Position numbers and translations under genes: made by a program
In this document: positions 11,272 to 23,149 of the stretch, piece by piece
How the letters are laid out: every line of letters begins with the position of its first letter
Numbering within the stretch: the first letter of the stretch is position 1
The notes under the pieces: model-generated
Told to the model about the DNA's origin: nothing
The model's database searches: none
The model's input: the letters and a program-made list of their open reading frames with translations, nothing else
NCBI RefSeq assembly: GCF_902713615.1
Contig: NC_052158.1
Coordinates: forward strand, 42,433,159-42,497,158
DNA from: Scyliorhinus canicula
Taxonomy: Eukaryota
Direction of reading: 5' to 3'
DNA length: 64,000 nucleotides

Positions 11272-12117
11272 CTAGTTCAAGTCCAGTTTCTCCGTCCGCA
11301 CGAAGGCCCACGCCTCCTCCGGGGAATCGAAATAATGGTGCCGATCCAAATAAGTTACCCACAGGCGCGCGGGCGGCAACATTCCGAACTTTATCTTTTT
11401 TCTATAAAGCACCTCTTTCATCCGATTAAATACGGACCGCCGCTTAGCCACCTCCGCACTCCAGTCCTGGTAGATCCGCACTACCCCATTCTCCCAATTG
11501 CTGCTCTTCACCTTCTTGGCCCAGCGCAGCACGCACTCCCGATCACTGAACCGGTGGAACCTCACCAGCACCGCACGCGGGGGTTCATCTTCCTTGGGCC
11601 TCCTGGCCAGCACCCTGTGCGCTCCCTCCAGCTCCAAGGGCAGATGGAGAGATCCGGCCCCCACTAGCGAATTCAGCATTACAGCCACATAGGCTGTCAG
11701 GTCCGATCCCTCTAGCCCCTCCGCAAGGCCCAAGATCCGCAGGTTTTTCCGCCTCATGCGGTGATCCAGCTCCTCAAAGCGTTCCTGCCACTTCTTGTGG
11801 AGTGCTTCGTGCCCCTCCACCTTACTCACGAGGACCACGGCCTCCTCCTCTCGTTCAATGGCCTGCGTCTGCAACTTCTTGATGGCAGCACCCTGGGTGG
11901 ACTGAATCTCTGACAGCCTTCTGTTCGTTTGCTGCAGAGAGCTCAGTACTTCATCCTTGAATTCTTTAAAGCAACGCAGGAGATCAGTTTGTTGTTCCTG
12001 GGCCCAGAGTCTCCATTCCTCTGGAGCTCTGTCGGTGGCCATCTTGGATCCCTTCCCCCGTTTTTTCTGAGGAGCTGCTGCTGTTTTTTCCCCCTTTCCA
12101 CTCCGAGTTCGAGTCAT
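11272..12117 (-). CDS. L1 ORF1 protein (coiled coil + RRM + CTD), open reading frame
   Basis: About 281 aa from MTRTRSGKGEK; RMRRKNLRILGLAEG, LEGAHRV, PRAVLVRF, RIYQD and KFGMLPPARL are L1 ORF1p motifs. The start codon is inferred. Confidence 0.88.
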   Translation of the reverse strand: MTRTRSGKGEKTAAAPQKKRGKGSKMATDRAPEEWRLWAQEQQTDLLRCFKEFKDEVLSSLQQTNRRLSEIQSTQGAAIKKLQTQAIEREEEAVVLVSKVEGHEALHKKWQERFEELDHRMRRKNLRILGLAEGLEGSDLTAYVAVMLNSLVGAGSLHLPLELEGAHRVLARRPKEDEPPRAVLVRFHRFSDRECVLRWAKKVKSSNWENGVVRIYQDWSAEVAKRRSVFNRMKEVLYRKKIKFGMLPPARLWVTYLDRHHYFDSPEEAWAFVRTEKLDLN

Positions 12118-12455
12118 GGACTGCAGGGAAAGTCGTTCAGCACACCTTCCCCCACCGGGAGACGTCGAAAAATTTCCGTTTTGGGCTCTCAAAAGAGCCG
12201 AAAAATCTCTTTAAAATGGGAGCTTCCAAATGTGTGGCTTACTGATCCATCACAGCCACCGGAAGTCCAGGCCACAGTAGTATTGACTAATGAACATAGC
12301 CTATTGAAGTGTAAGTAAGTTATTTTATATTTTTTATCAAGTGGGGGTTTATCTGGCGTTCCTTCAAGTTATTCTTGCAATCATCAATATTCATTTTTCC
12401 CAATGTAGGCTATTTTTAATTAAGTTTTTATTTCAGGAATATTACCCCTACCAGC

Positions 12456-15286
12456 ATGGAAAAGAAAAAGCATAAATCTGGGTCACTAAAACGCAAAGAA
12501 CAAAAAGAAGCAGAAAGGAAGGAATCAGCCAAGCGATGCAGGCCTATTACAGAGTTTATAATACCACAAGCACAATCCACATCAATATCCAGTTCTGCAA
12601 CAAATAATCAAGAAGCAAGAAACAATGCTCATGATGATGATGCAATGACATGCGAGTTACAAGAACAGAGAAGAGCTACTTTGAATGTAGAGACAAATAC
12701 AAGTGCATCCATTACTAATCAACCCAGGCCCAATATTTCTTCTGGCTTCCTTGTTCCGGTATCTGTGCTGCCTGTAGTTGCAACATCTGAACACATAGCT
12801 TCAACTAGTGACAGGGAATCAGATATTCCTTCAAGCATAAATGACTTGGTTTCTGAAGCACATCCTGTAAATGAACCTACGCAAGAAAATGAAAGATCAA
12901 TTACTGGAATCTTCCAATATCCATCACGAGCAAAGCTAAAACAGTTTTTTGCTGAACATCCACTTCAGCCATTTGATGATCTGCCATTTGATGCTCGTTT
13001 ATACGAGAGGAAAAGTATGAATGACTCAGTCCCAAGAAAATGGCTAACATATAACAAAGAAAATAGATGCTTATATTGTTCATACTGCTTAGCCTTTGAG
13101 TTTCCCAACACTTGTAATCCATCACCCTTTGTACGTGGCTTTATTGAGTACAGGCATATTAGCCAGAGCTTGACTTTACGTGAATCGACAACAACACATG
13201 TCAGAAATGCTCAGCAATATATCAGTGTGGTTAATGATGGCATCTTAGATAAATTTTTTGCAGCATCACTAATTAAAAGGAAAGAAGAAGTATTGAAGCA
13301 GAGAAGTATTGTCATGAGGATTATAGACATCATAAAGATGTTAGGCAAGCAAGCACTTCCTTTTCGAGGTCACAGAAATGAATCGGCCTACATTCTAGAT
13401 AATGAGGTTCTGAATCATGGCAATTTTTTAGCTACAGTGCAGTTGATGGCAAAATATGACCCCATTATGGCAGCTCACGTTTCTGCACTGCAAAACAAGT
13501 CTAAACAAAGAATCAAACGATTAGAGCAACAAGGAAAGGCTCAAAGGCTGTGGTGGACTTGTTACATACCTGAGTAAAACAACTATAAACATGTTAATCA
13601 AAATTATGAAGAATATGATACAAGAGGGAATTAGTCATGAAATTTCTCAAGCAAAATATTATTCTATTCAGGTTGATTCAACACAAGATAATTCATCCTT
13701 CGATCAGTTTAGCATTATTATTCGGTATGTGCTTAAAGGTATTATCTGTGAGCGACTACTTTCAATTGTGCCAAGTAATGATGGTAAGGACAGGGATTTT
13801 TTGATCTATTGATTGAAACATTACAGCACTTGAAATTGACCCCCAAAAATGTTTATCTGATAGCACAGATGGTGCTGCAAGCTACCATGGCCAGTATAAT
13901 GGTTTACAAAGTAAAATTGCTGATGTGGCTGATCAACATGTTCATATATGGTGCTATGCCCATGTCTTGAATTTGGTGATAACTGAAACAACAAAATATT
14001 GTGTGCCTGCAGTTTCTTTTTTCAATTTGCTCCAGAATAAAGCAACTTTTGTGAAAGCATCATACAAGAGAATGGCTGTATGGATAGAAGTTGTTGGAAA
14101 ACATCTAGGACAAGAAAAAATGAAATGATTAAAGCTAATTGGTGAGACCAGATGGTCAGGAAAATCCAATGCAGCAACAAGTATATTTGGACGTTTTGAT
14201 GATGCCGCTGCCAGTACTTTCATAAATCTATTGACATGCTTATCAATGATACAAGATTCAGAAAAGTTTGATGCAAAAACAAAACATGAAGCAAATGTTT
14301 TACTTCAAAGTCTTCTAAAGTTTGAAACCATATTGACAGCATTTACTTACTTGTATATATTTGAAACTACAACCCCGTTATCAAGTTATCTACAGACAAG
14401 TGGTTTAGATATGTTTACTGCATGGAGTTTGGTAGATTCAGCTACAACAAAGTTGAAGGAACAGACAAGAACATTTGATAATGTTCACAGCAAGGCTTTG
14501 GAATTTGTAAATACATGTAATGACAGTATTTCACAGATGAATATGAATGAAAATCAAACATTGAAAATTGATGCGTTGGAAACAGCATTGCCAGTTAAGA
14601 GGCAGAGGAAGAAGAAAAGAATGGCAGATGAGCTTATTGATGATGAAAGAAATTCCTCAGATTCTCTAGCTGATTTTCGAGTAAATGTGTTTAACCTAAT
14701 AATGGATCGCATTGTCCAGTCACTAGAATCACGCTTTGTACAACACAAACAGTTGTATAAAGATTTGTCCTGCTTGGACCCAGCAAAGTTTAAAACTATT
14801 GCAGAGAAGGGCCTTGAAGATGAAGCGTTGGAAGGTATTATTAAGCTGTTTCCACAAATCAGCAAAGATCAAGTAATATTGGAATTGTTTTCTTTTGTTT
14901 CAAACTTTGATGTATTAAAGCTATTGCTTAATGATGGTGAGAATATGGATTCCAGTTGCAACAATTGTAAAATTTGCAGCACTTGCCCATCGTGTGTACT
15001 AAAAATTCTGGCATCCAACAGACTTCATGACAAGGCATATGATAACCTTTATGAACTTTATAAAGTCATCTGCACACTATCAGTTACTCAAGTCCAATGT
15101 GAGAGGACATTTTTAAAGCTAAAGATCATAAAGACAAGGTTAAGAAATTCGCTGTCTGAGGTGAATTTGGAATCATACATGTTGCTATCCATTGAAAAGG
15201 AATTGGTAGATGAATTGGATGCAGAAGCAATTATTGGCAGATTCGCACAATCATCTAGCGAACACAAACGATTGCTCTTAATATAG
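12456..15286 (+). pseudogene. hAT transposase (ZMYM1-like: TTF-type Zn finger, DUF4371, hAT dimerisation), disrupted
   Basis: WLTY..LYCSYC..H; LPFRGH; IQVDSTQD; DSTDGAASYHG; CYAHVLNL; ETRW; CERTFLKLKIIKTRLRNSL. Frameshifts near 13545 and 13810; in-frame TGA at 14126-14128 (probable CGA>TGA). Confidence 0.92.
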
Positions 15287-15616
15287 TGGACTGCATGCAA
15301 TGCTCTATTGTGCTTTTGAACTATCTGTTAATGTGTAAATTGTGCAGTAAACTATTTAAAAATATCAACCAATTACTTAAAATTAAAAAAAAAATTAAAA
15401 ATTCAATTATAACATTCTGTATTTACATTTGGTATCTACTGCCAGTAATATGTACAGTACATGTACACTGTAATTACTAAGAAATACACATTTTTTTCCA
15501 CAAAAATTTTAATTGTACCCTTTATTCGTTATGAAAATTAAATGATAGCATTGTAGTTGTGGGTGGGCCCCCTTTGTCTCCTGGCAACCAATATTTTTAG
15601 ACCCAGTCCGCCACTG

Positions 15617-16270
15617 GATGACGGGACTGACGTATGAGGAGAGATTGAGTCGTTTAGGGTTGTATTTGCTGGATTTCAGAAAAATGAAGGAGGATCTCAG
15701 AGAAACCTATAAAATTCTAACAGGACTAGGCAGGGTAGATGGAAGAATGATGTTCTGATTAGTGGGGCATCCAGAACTAGCGGTCACAGTCTGAGTATAT
15801 GGGGTAGACCATTTAGGTCAGAGATGAGGAGAAATTTCTTTACCTAGAGCCTGCGGAATTCATTACCACAGGAAGTAGTTGAGGCCAAAACATTGTTGGT
15901 GGGATTCTCCATCCCACCAGCCCTGTTTTCCGGCACGTCATGCCCCCCCCCCCCCCCCCCCCCCACCCCCACCCCCCTCAACCCCCGGCAGAGGGAGCCT
16001 CCATTCCACAGCCGACCAATGGGGGTTCCCATTGTGGCCACCCCTCGCTGCCGGTAGACCCGTGGACATGTGTGTGCTGCCGGCGAAGCGGAGGATCCCG
16101 CCGATAGAGAATTCCACAGTGTATGTTTTCAAGAAGCAGTTAGATATCACACTCAGGGCGAAGGGAATCAAAGGATATGGGAGGAAAGCGGGATTAGGCT
16201 ATTAAATTGGATGATCAGCCATGATCATAAGGAATGGCAGAGCAGGCTTGAAGGGCCAAACCTATTTCCA
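15617..16270 (+). mobile_element. CR1 3' end (continuation of 3330-5492), containing a short MITE at about 15896-16098
   Basis: GACTGACGTATGAGGAGAGATTGAG...GAGATGAGGAGAAATTTCTT...GATCAGCCATGATCAT..GAATGGC is a typical CR1 3' end. MITE termini GGGATTCTCC ... GAGAATTCCAC. Confidence 0.85.
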
Positions 16271-16879
16271 TGTTTCAGTGTCTGAGCAGTCGCGAATGGT
16301 GCTGAACATTCTGCAATCATCAGCGAACATCTCTACATCTGACCTGATTTTGGAAGAAAAGTCATTGATGTTGCAGCTGAAGATGGTTGGGCCTAGGACA
16401 CTACCCTGAGGAACCCCTGCAGTGATATCCTGGGACTAGGTTGGCTGATCTCCAACAACCACAACATCTTCCTTTGTTCCAGGTATGACTCTAACCAGTG
16501 GAGAGTTTTCCCCCAAATTCCCAGTGACTCCAGTTTAGCTAAAGCTCCTTGATGCGATTCTCAATCAAATGCTGCCTTGATGCCTCATCCCACCTCCGGA
16601 GTTCAGCTCTTTTGTCCATGTTTGAACTAAGGCTGGAATAAGGTCAGGAGCTGAGTGACCCTGGCAGAACCCAAACTAGGCATCAGTCAGCAGGTTATTG
16701 CAAAGTATGTGCTACTAGATAGCAGTGTTGATGACTCCTTACAACACTTTACTGATGATTGATGGTAGACTAATCAGGTGGTAATTGGTTGGGTTGTATT
16801 TATCCTGTTTCTTGTGGACAGGACACATCTAGGCAATTTTCCACTTTGCCGGGTAGATGCCAGTGTTGTAGCTGTATAT

Positions 16880-17201
16880 ACATAGAACATACAGTGCAGA
16901 AGGAGGTCATTCGGCCCATCGAGTCTGCACCGACCCACTTAAGCCCCCACTTCCACCCTATCCCTGTAACCCAATAACCCCTCCTGACCCTTTTGGACAC
17001 TAAGGACAATTTATCATGGCCAATCTACCTAACCTGCACATCTTTTGGACTGTGGGAGGAAACCGGAGCACCCGGAGAAAACCCACACAGACACGGGGAG
17101 AACGTACAGACTCCGCACAGACAGTGCCCAGCGGGGAATCGAACCTGGGATCCTGGCGCTGTGAAACCACAGTGCTATCCATTTGTGCTACCGTTCTGCC
17201 C
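16880..17201 (-). mobile_element. HE1/V-SINE-like SINE within a degenerate minus-strand LINE fragment (about 16300-17645)
   Basis: tRNA-like head, V core and CR1-like tail (GAATGACCTCCTTCTGCACTGTATGTTCTATG) on the minus strand. Confidence 0.85.
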
Positions 17202-17860
17202 TGGAACAGCTTGTCTAGGGATGTACGTTCTGGACCACACGTCTTCAGTACTATTGCTGGAATATTGTCAAGGCCCATAACCTTGTTTCTTGATATCACT
17301 TTGGGTGAATCAAATTGGCTGAAGAGTGACATCTGTGATGCTGGGGATGCCTGGAGAAGACCGAGATGGATCATCCACTCGGCACTTCTGTTGAAGATTA
17401 TTGCGAATGCCTCAGCCTTGTCTTTTGTTATGGGCTGGGCTTCTCCATCATTGAGGATGGGGATATTTGTTTAGCCTCGTCCTCCTGTGAGTTATTTAAT
17501 TGTCCACCACCATTCACGGCTGAATGTGACAGGACTGCAGAGCTTAGATCTGATGTGTTCGTTGTGGAATCTCTTAGCTCTATCCATTACTTGCTGCTTA
17601 TGCCGTTTGGCACACAATTAATCCTGTGTTGTAGCTTCACCAGGTTGACACAGGGGGCGGGATTCTCTCAGCCTGGGCCCGGGCTGGAGAATCCACGGGA
17701 CATGCGCCAATCATGCTATGCCTCCCTGATGTGTTCACATCCTTCCTTTAGTGTGGCATCCAGAACTGTGCACAATGCTGAACTTGTATGTTCAGCACAG
17801 CCTCTCTGCTCTCATACTCTATGTGCCTCTTATCATCAGCAATAAGTGAATGTAATGAGT

Positions 17861-17911
17861 GAAACAGGAAGTTATTTCAGTTTTGGTTTGACTCAAAACT
17901 GTTCCAAAGAA
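17861..17911. promoter_or_regulatory. Cluster of immune transcription-factor motifs (IRF-ETS composite, ISRE-like, AP-1, STAT6-type GAS)
   Basis: GAAACAGGAAGT (17861-17872), TTTCAGTTTT (17875-17884), TGACTCA (17889-17895), TTCCAAAGAA (17902-17911, TTC-N4-GAA), all within 51 bp of non-repeat-looking DNA. Motif matches only. Confidence 0.35.
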
Positions 17912-18073
17912 TATTTCCAAATAAGGGTAAGTTGTGTGTGCCTGAGTTTGGAAAGATTCCAGGGTAAGTGTGTGAGAGCAGACAGTAACACACAAAACCC
18001 ACAGCTTCTGTTTGGGCAGCTGATCATCCTGAGTGTCCACAAGCTCAATAATAATGTAAACAGCTCGACTGTT

Positions 18074-18118
18074 AGCCAATAGGAACTTGTGGTCACCAGT
18101 TTGTCATCTGTTGCTGAG
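18074..18118 (-). promoter_or_regulatory. MHC class II-type X-Y module A
   Basis: Minus strand: CTCAGCAACAGATG (18118-18105), 21-nt spacer starting ACAAA, CCTATTGGCT (18083-18074). Confidence 0.6.
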
Positions 18119-18699
18119 AGACATTCTCTTCTGGTAGTCAAATTTCTAACATTGGTGCTAGGTAGCTCAGTCACTTTGCTTCTCCTGTGAGTTGATGATC
18201 CGGCTCCCTGAGGTTAGCTGTAGTGAAACACTTCAGTGGAACAGGCCTCACACACAGTTATAGCTCCATGGACATTATTCCCAGAGACAGGGCTGTCCCA
18301 TCACAGGTCAACATTCGGAACATCTTCACAAGGGGAAACAGACTGGAAAGGATACAATCCCCAATCTTAACCCCTGCCCAGGGGATATGGGGATAGACTG
18401 TTTATCATCCTGAGTTTAACTTCCTGTCGGGCAATAATCTGAGGGAAATCTTCATCTCACTGCATCCACATTGGTTTCATCAAGAAAAGACAATTAATGC
18501 AGAAAATAAGAGCCTGCACTGTTTGATCCAGTGAATGTGATTGGACACCAATGTAGTGAAGGACACTGCACTATTACAGCATGGAAGGTGGCCATCACGT
18601 CAGCACCAGCTCTCTGAATGAGTAACTCACCCGAGTGCCATTCTCCTGCCTTCTCCCTGTAACAGGAGAGACGGTGACGAAGTGGTATTGTCACTGGAC

Positions 18700-21600
18700 T
18701 AGTAATTCGCAGACCAGGTTAATTCTCTGGGCACCTGGGATTTGAAATTTGAATTCAATAAAAAATCTGGAATTAATAGGCCAAATAAAGACCGTGAAAC
18801 CATTGTCAATCATTGTAAAAACCCATCTGGTCCATTAATGTCCTTTAGGAAAGGTAATCTGTCAACCTTACCTAGTCTGGTCTACATACGATTCCAGACC
18901 CATGGCAAGGTGGTTGATTCTCAAATGGCCAGCAAGCCATTCAGTTCTCTGAAACCATTATGTGGTCCAACAAGTATAAAACCGGACAGACCAACAGCGA
19001 CCTAGGTACTGGAAGCAACAATGGCAAACTCAGTCCTGTCAACCCTGCAAAGTCCTTCTGAGCAACATCTGGGGAGTGTGCCAAAATTGGGAGAGCTGTC
19101 CCACAGTCTAGCCAAGCCTGACATAGTCCTCATGGAATCATATTTGAAGACAATGTCCAGACACCACAATCACCATTCCTGGGTATGTCCAGTCCCATCA
19201 GCAGGACTGGCCCAGCAGGGGTGGCAGCACAGTGGGATACAGTCGAGAGGGATCTGCTCTGAGAATCCTCAACATCAACTCGGACTCCATTAAGTCTCCT
19301 GGCACCAGGTCAAACATGGGCAATGAAACATCCTGCTGATTATTGTGACAATATGGATATTTTATGGTAAATGAAGGCTTAACAATTTGATGTGAATTCT
19401 TCCAACCGCTAGATGGAGATCAAGAGCATCTATGTGAATCACGTGATACCTTGATTCTGGGAGTAGGTGATTAGGCGGGATAGGGAGTAGTCGTGTTTTC
19501 AGAAGCTCAGCAGATAGAATAATTATCTTAGTGCATTTTGTAATATTTGTATCTTAGTAAGTTGATTTGAATCTAGTTATTAGTAGTGTTATTAAAATAA
19601 GCTTTGTTTGAAACATAGCTTGATGTTCTTTGTAAGACACTACACTTCAAAGCCATCCTCATCCACAAAGCAAAGAACATCTCAATTATCACATACCACT
19701 CCACTCCCCCTACCTGATCTGATAAATCAGTACTCCCCCATGTTGAACACTACTTGGAGAAATCACTCAGGGTGGCAAGGGTGCAGAATGTACTCTGGTG
19801 GGAGACGTCAATGTCCATCGCCAAAAGTGGCTCAATAGTACCACAGACCGATCTGGCCAGATCCTAAAGGACATAGCTGCTAGACTAGGCAGATGGTGAG
19901 GTAGTCATGCTTCACCTCATCCTCACCAACCCATCTGCCAGAGATGTATCTGTCCATGACAGTATCAATAGGAGTGACCATGGCACAGTCCCACAGAAGA
20001 TAAAATCCTTTTTTCACATTGAGGATGCCTTCATTGTGTTGCGTGGTACTACCACAGTGCTAAATGGAATAGATTTTGAACAGATCTAGCAACTCAAGAC
20101 TGGGCATCCATAAGGCATAGTGGGCCATCAGCAGCAGCAGAATTGTACTCGACCACAATCTGTAACCTCATGGCCCGACATATCCCCCACTCTACCATTA
20201 CCACCAAGCCAGGGGTCAACCCTGGTTCAATGAAGAGTACAGCAGAACATGCCAGGAACAGCATTAGGATTACCGAAAAATGAGGTGTCAACCTGGTGAA
20301 GCTACAACACAGGATTACATGTGTGTCAAACGCAGAAGCAGCAAGTGATAGACAGAGTGTAGCAATTCCACAAAGGATCAGACCTGAGCTCTGAAGTCTT
20401 GCCACATCCAGCTGTGAATGGTGGTGGACAATTAAACAACTCACTGGAGCAGGACGCCCCACAGATATCCCCATCCTCAATGATGGAGGAGCCCAGCATA
20501 TGTGTGCAAAAGACAAGACATAGAAACAGGAATTTGGAGCAGAAAAAGGTAATTCAGCCCTTTGAGCCTGCTCTGCCATTCAATCAGATCATGGCTGATC
20601 TCTTCCTGGCCTCAAATCCACCTCCGCACCTGTTGCCCATTTTTTAAATACAAATATATCTATCTCCTTCTTGCAGCCATTTAATGACAGACTCCACTGC
20701 ACTATGGGGCAGCGAGTTCCACAAATTCACCACCCTCTGCAACAAATAGTTCCTCCTCATCTCAGTTCTAAATCTACCACCTCTCAACCTATATCTGTGA
20801 CCTCTCATTCTAGATTGCCCCTCAAGGGAGAACATTTGGTCTTTGTTTACTTTATCAATCTTTTTTAGTATTTTCTGCACCTTTGATTTGATTTGATTTA
20901 TTATTGTCACATGTATTAGTATACAGTGAAAAGTATTGTTTCTTGCATGCTGTACAAACAATGCATACCGTACATAGGGAAGGAAGGAGGGACTGCAGAA
21001 TATAATGTTACAGTTATACCAAGGTGTAGAGAAAGGATCAACTTAATATGAGGTAGGTCCATCCAAAACACACCTCAATCAAATCCCATCTCATCCTTCT
21101 AAACTCCAGCGAATATAAACCCAAACTGTTTAATCTCTCCTCATACATCAGCTCTTTCATCCCCAGAATCAATCTGGTTAACCTCCTCTGAACTGCCTCC
21201 AATATCACCACATTCTTCTGCTGAGTGGATGATCACAGATGCCAGATCTAATACATGTGACAATAATAAATCAAATCAAATCACAGATGCCAGTCGTCAG
21301 CCAATTTGATTCACTCCATGTGATATCAAGAAATAGCTGATGACACTGGATACTATAAGGTTAATGGTCATGACAATATTCTGGCAGTAGTACTGAAGAC
21401 TTGTGCTCCAGACAAGCTGTTCCAGTACAGCTATCCTGCAATGTGTAATATCGTCCAGGTATGTCCTGGACACAAGAAACAGGACAAATCCAACGTGGCA
21501 ATTACTGCCCCATTAGTCAACTTTCAATCATGAATAGAGAGATGGAAGGAGTCATCAATAGCCCTATCAAGAAGCACTTACTCAGCAATAACCTGCTCAT

Positions 21601-22730
21601 AGATGCTCAGTTTGGATTCTGCCAGGGTCATTCAGCTCCTGACTTCATTACAGCCCTGGTTCAAGCATGGACAAAAGAGCTGAACTTCAGAGGAGAGATG
21701 AGAGTGACTGCCTTTGACATCAAGGCAGCAATGGGTGGCATGGTGGCATAGTGGTTAGCACTGCTGCCTCACAGCGTTCGGGACCCGGGTTCAATTCCTG
21801 CTTTGCGTGACTGTCTGTGCGGAGTTTGCACGCTCTCCCCGTGTCTGCGTGGGTTTCCTCTGGGTGCTTCTGTTTCCTCCCACAGTCCAAAGATGTGCAG
21901 GTTAGATGGATTGGCTATGCTAAATTGGCCCTAAATATCCAAAGGTTGAGTGGAGCTATGAGGATAGAGTGGAGGATGGGCCTGCATTGGGTAGTCTTTC
22001 AGAGCTTTGGTGCAAACTTAATGGGCTGAATGGCCTCCTTCTGCACTGAAGGGAGACTATGATTCTATGATTTGATCTAGTATGGCTTTGAGGAGCCCGA
22101 GCAAAACTAGAGTCAATGGGAATCGGGGAAAACCTTCTGCTGGTGGAGTCATACCTGGCACAAAGGAAGATGGTTGTGATGGTCAGAGGTCAATCATGTC
22201 AGCTCCAGGACATCACTGCAGGATTCCTCAGGGTAGTGTCCGAGGACCATCTTCAGCTGCTCCATCAATGACCTGCCTTCCATCATAAGGGCAGAAGTGG
22301 GAATGTTTGCGGATGACTGCACAATGTTCAGCACCATTCGCAACTCCTCAGATAATGAAGCAGCATATCCAAATGCAGCAAGACCTGGACATTATCCAGG
22401 CTTGGGTTGACAAGTGGCAAGTTACATTCGCACCATATAAGTGCCAGGCATCTCCAATAAGAGAGAATCTAATCATCAACCTTTGACATTCAATCACTGA
22501 ATCACCCACAATCAATATCCTGGGTTACAATTGATCAGAAACTGAACTGGAGTATCATATAAATACTGTGGCTACAAGAGCAGGTCAGAAGCCCAGAATC
22601 CTATGGCGAGTAACTCACCTCCTGGCCCCCCCAAAGCCTGTGCACCATCTACAAGGCACAAGTCAGGAGTGTCATGGAATGCTCTCCATTTGCCTGGGTG
22701 AGTCCATTCAATTGTTACCATGAGATCATT
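18700..22730 (+). mobile_element. Degenerate CR1/L2-type LINE remnants (EN and RT), interrupted by a minus-strand CR1 tail (about 20520-21230) and a SINE
   Basis: KPDIVLMESYL-type EN remnant (19021-), NYCPISQLSIMNREMEGVIN..AQFGFCQGHSAPD..TAFDIKAA (21461-), FADD-like remnant near 22310. Confidence 0.7.
21733..22070 (+). mobile_element. HE1/V-SINE-like SINE
   Basis: GGGTGGCATGGTGGCATAGTGGTTAGC head, GGTTCAATTCC B box, V core, CTATGATT tail. Confidence 0.88.
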
Positions 22731-22774
22731 TTCTTGCCTTGAGAATTCAACTCTTTAGTCATGATTCTTATCAT

Positions 22775-23108
22775 AGATCATAGAATTTATAGTGCAGAAG
22801 GAGGCCATTTGGCCCATCGACTGGCCCTTGGAAAGAGTACCCTACTCAAGCCCACACCTCAACCCTATCTTCCTAACCCAGTAACTCCACCTAATCTTTT
22901 GGATACTAGGGGGCAATTTACCATGGCCAATCCACCTAACCTGCACGTCTTTGGACTGTGGGAGCAAATTGGAGCACGTGGAGGAAACCCAAGCAGACAT
23001 GGGGAGAATGTGCAGACTCCACACAGACAGTGACCCAAGCTGGGAATCGAACCCGTGTCCCTGGCGCTGAGAAGCAACAGTGCAAACATTGTTAGCCACC
23101 GTGCCACT
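22775..23108 (-). mobile_element. HE1/V-SINE-like SINE
   Basis: Same family on the minus strand. Confidence 0.85.
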
Positions 23109-23149
23109 CATATCTCTGCAGGTGGGAGCACTGCCTCAGGATTTGCATG

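Larger units (their letters stand above)
6535..12268 (-). mobile_element. Full-length L1-clade LINE (about 5.7 kb) nested in the hAT
   Basis: ORF1, inter-ORF region, EN-RT ORF2, poly-G 3' UTR run and A-tail (T-run at about 6535). TSD AGGCCACAGTA(A/G)TATT at 6519-6534 and 12269-12284 (1 mismatch). Confidence 0.96.
5493..15616 (+). mobile_element. hAT-superfamily DNA transposon (about 4.4 kb without the nested L1)
   Basis: Perfect 14-bp TIRs CAGTGGCGGACTGG (5493-5506) / CCAGTCCGCCACTG (15603-15616). Perfect 8-bp TSD GATGACGG (5485-5492, 15617-15624). The CR1 sequence reads through once the element is removed. Confidence 0.96.

Noticed and set aside
21733-21810. tRNA genes suggested by A/B-box sequences here and in other SINE heads
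   Set aside because: They are tRNA-derived SINE heads continuing into V-core and LINE-like tails, not complete cloverleafs.
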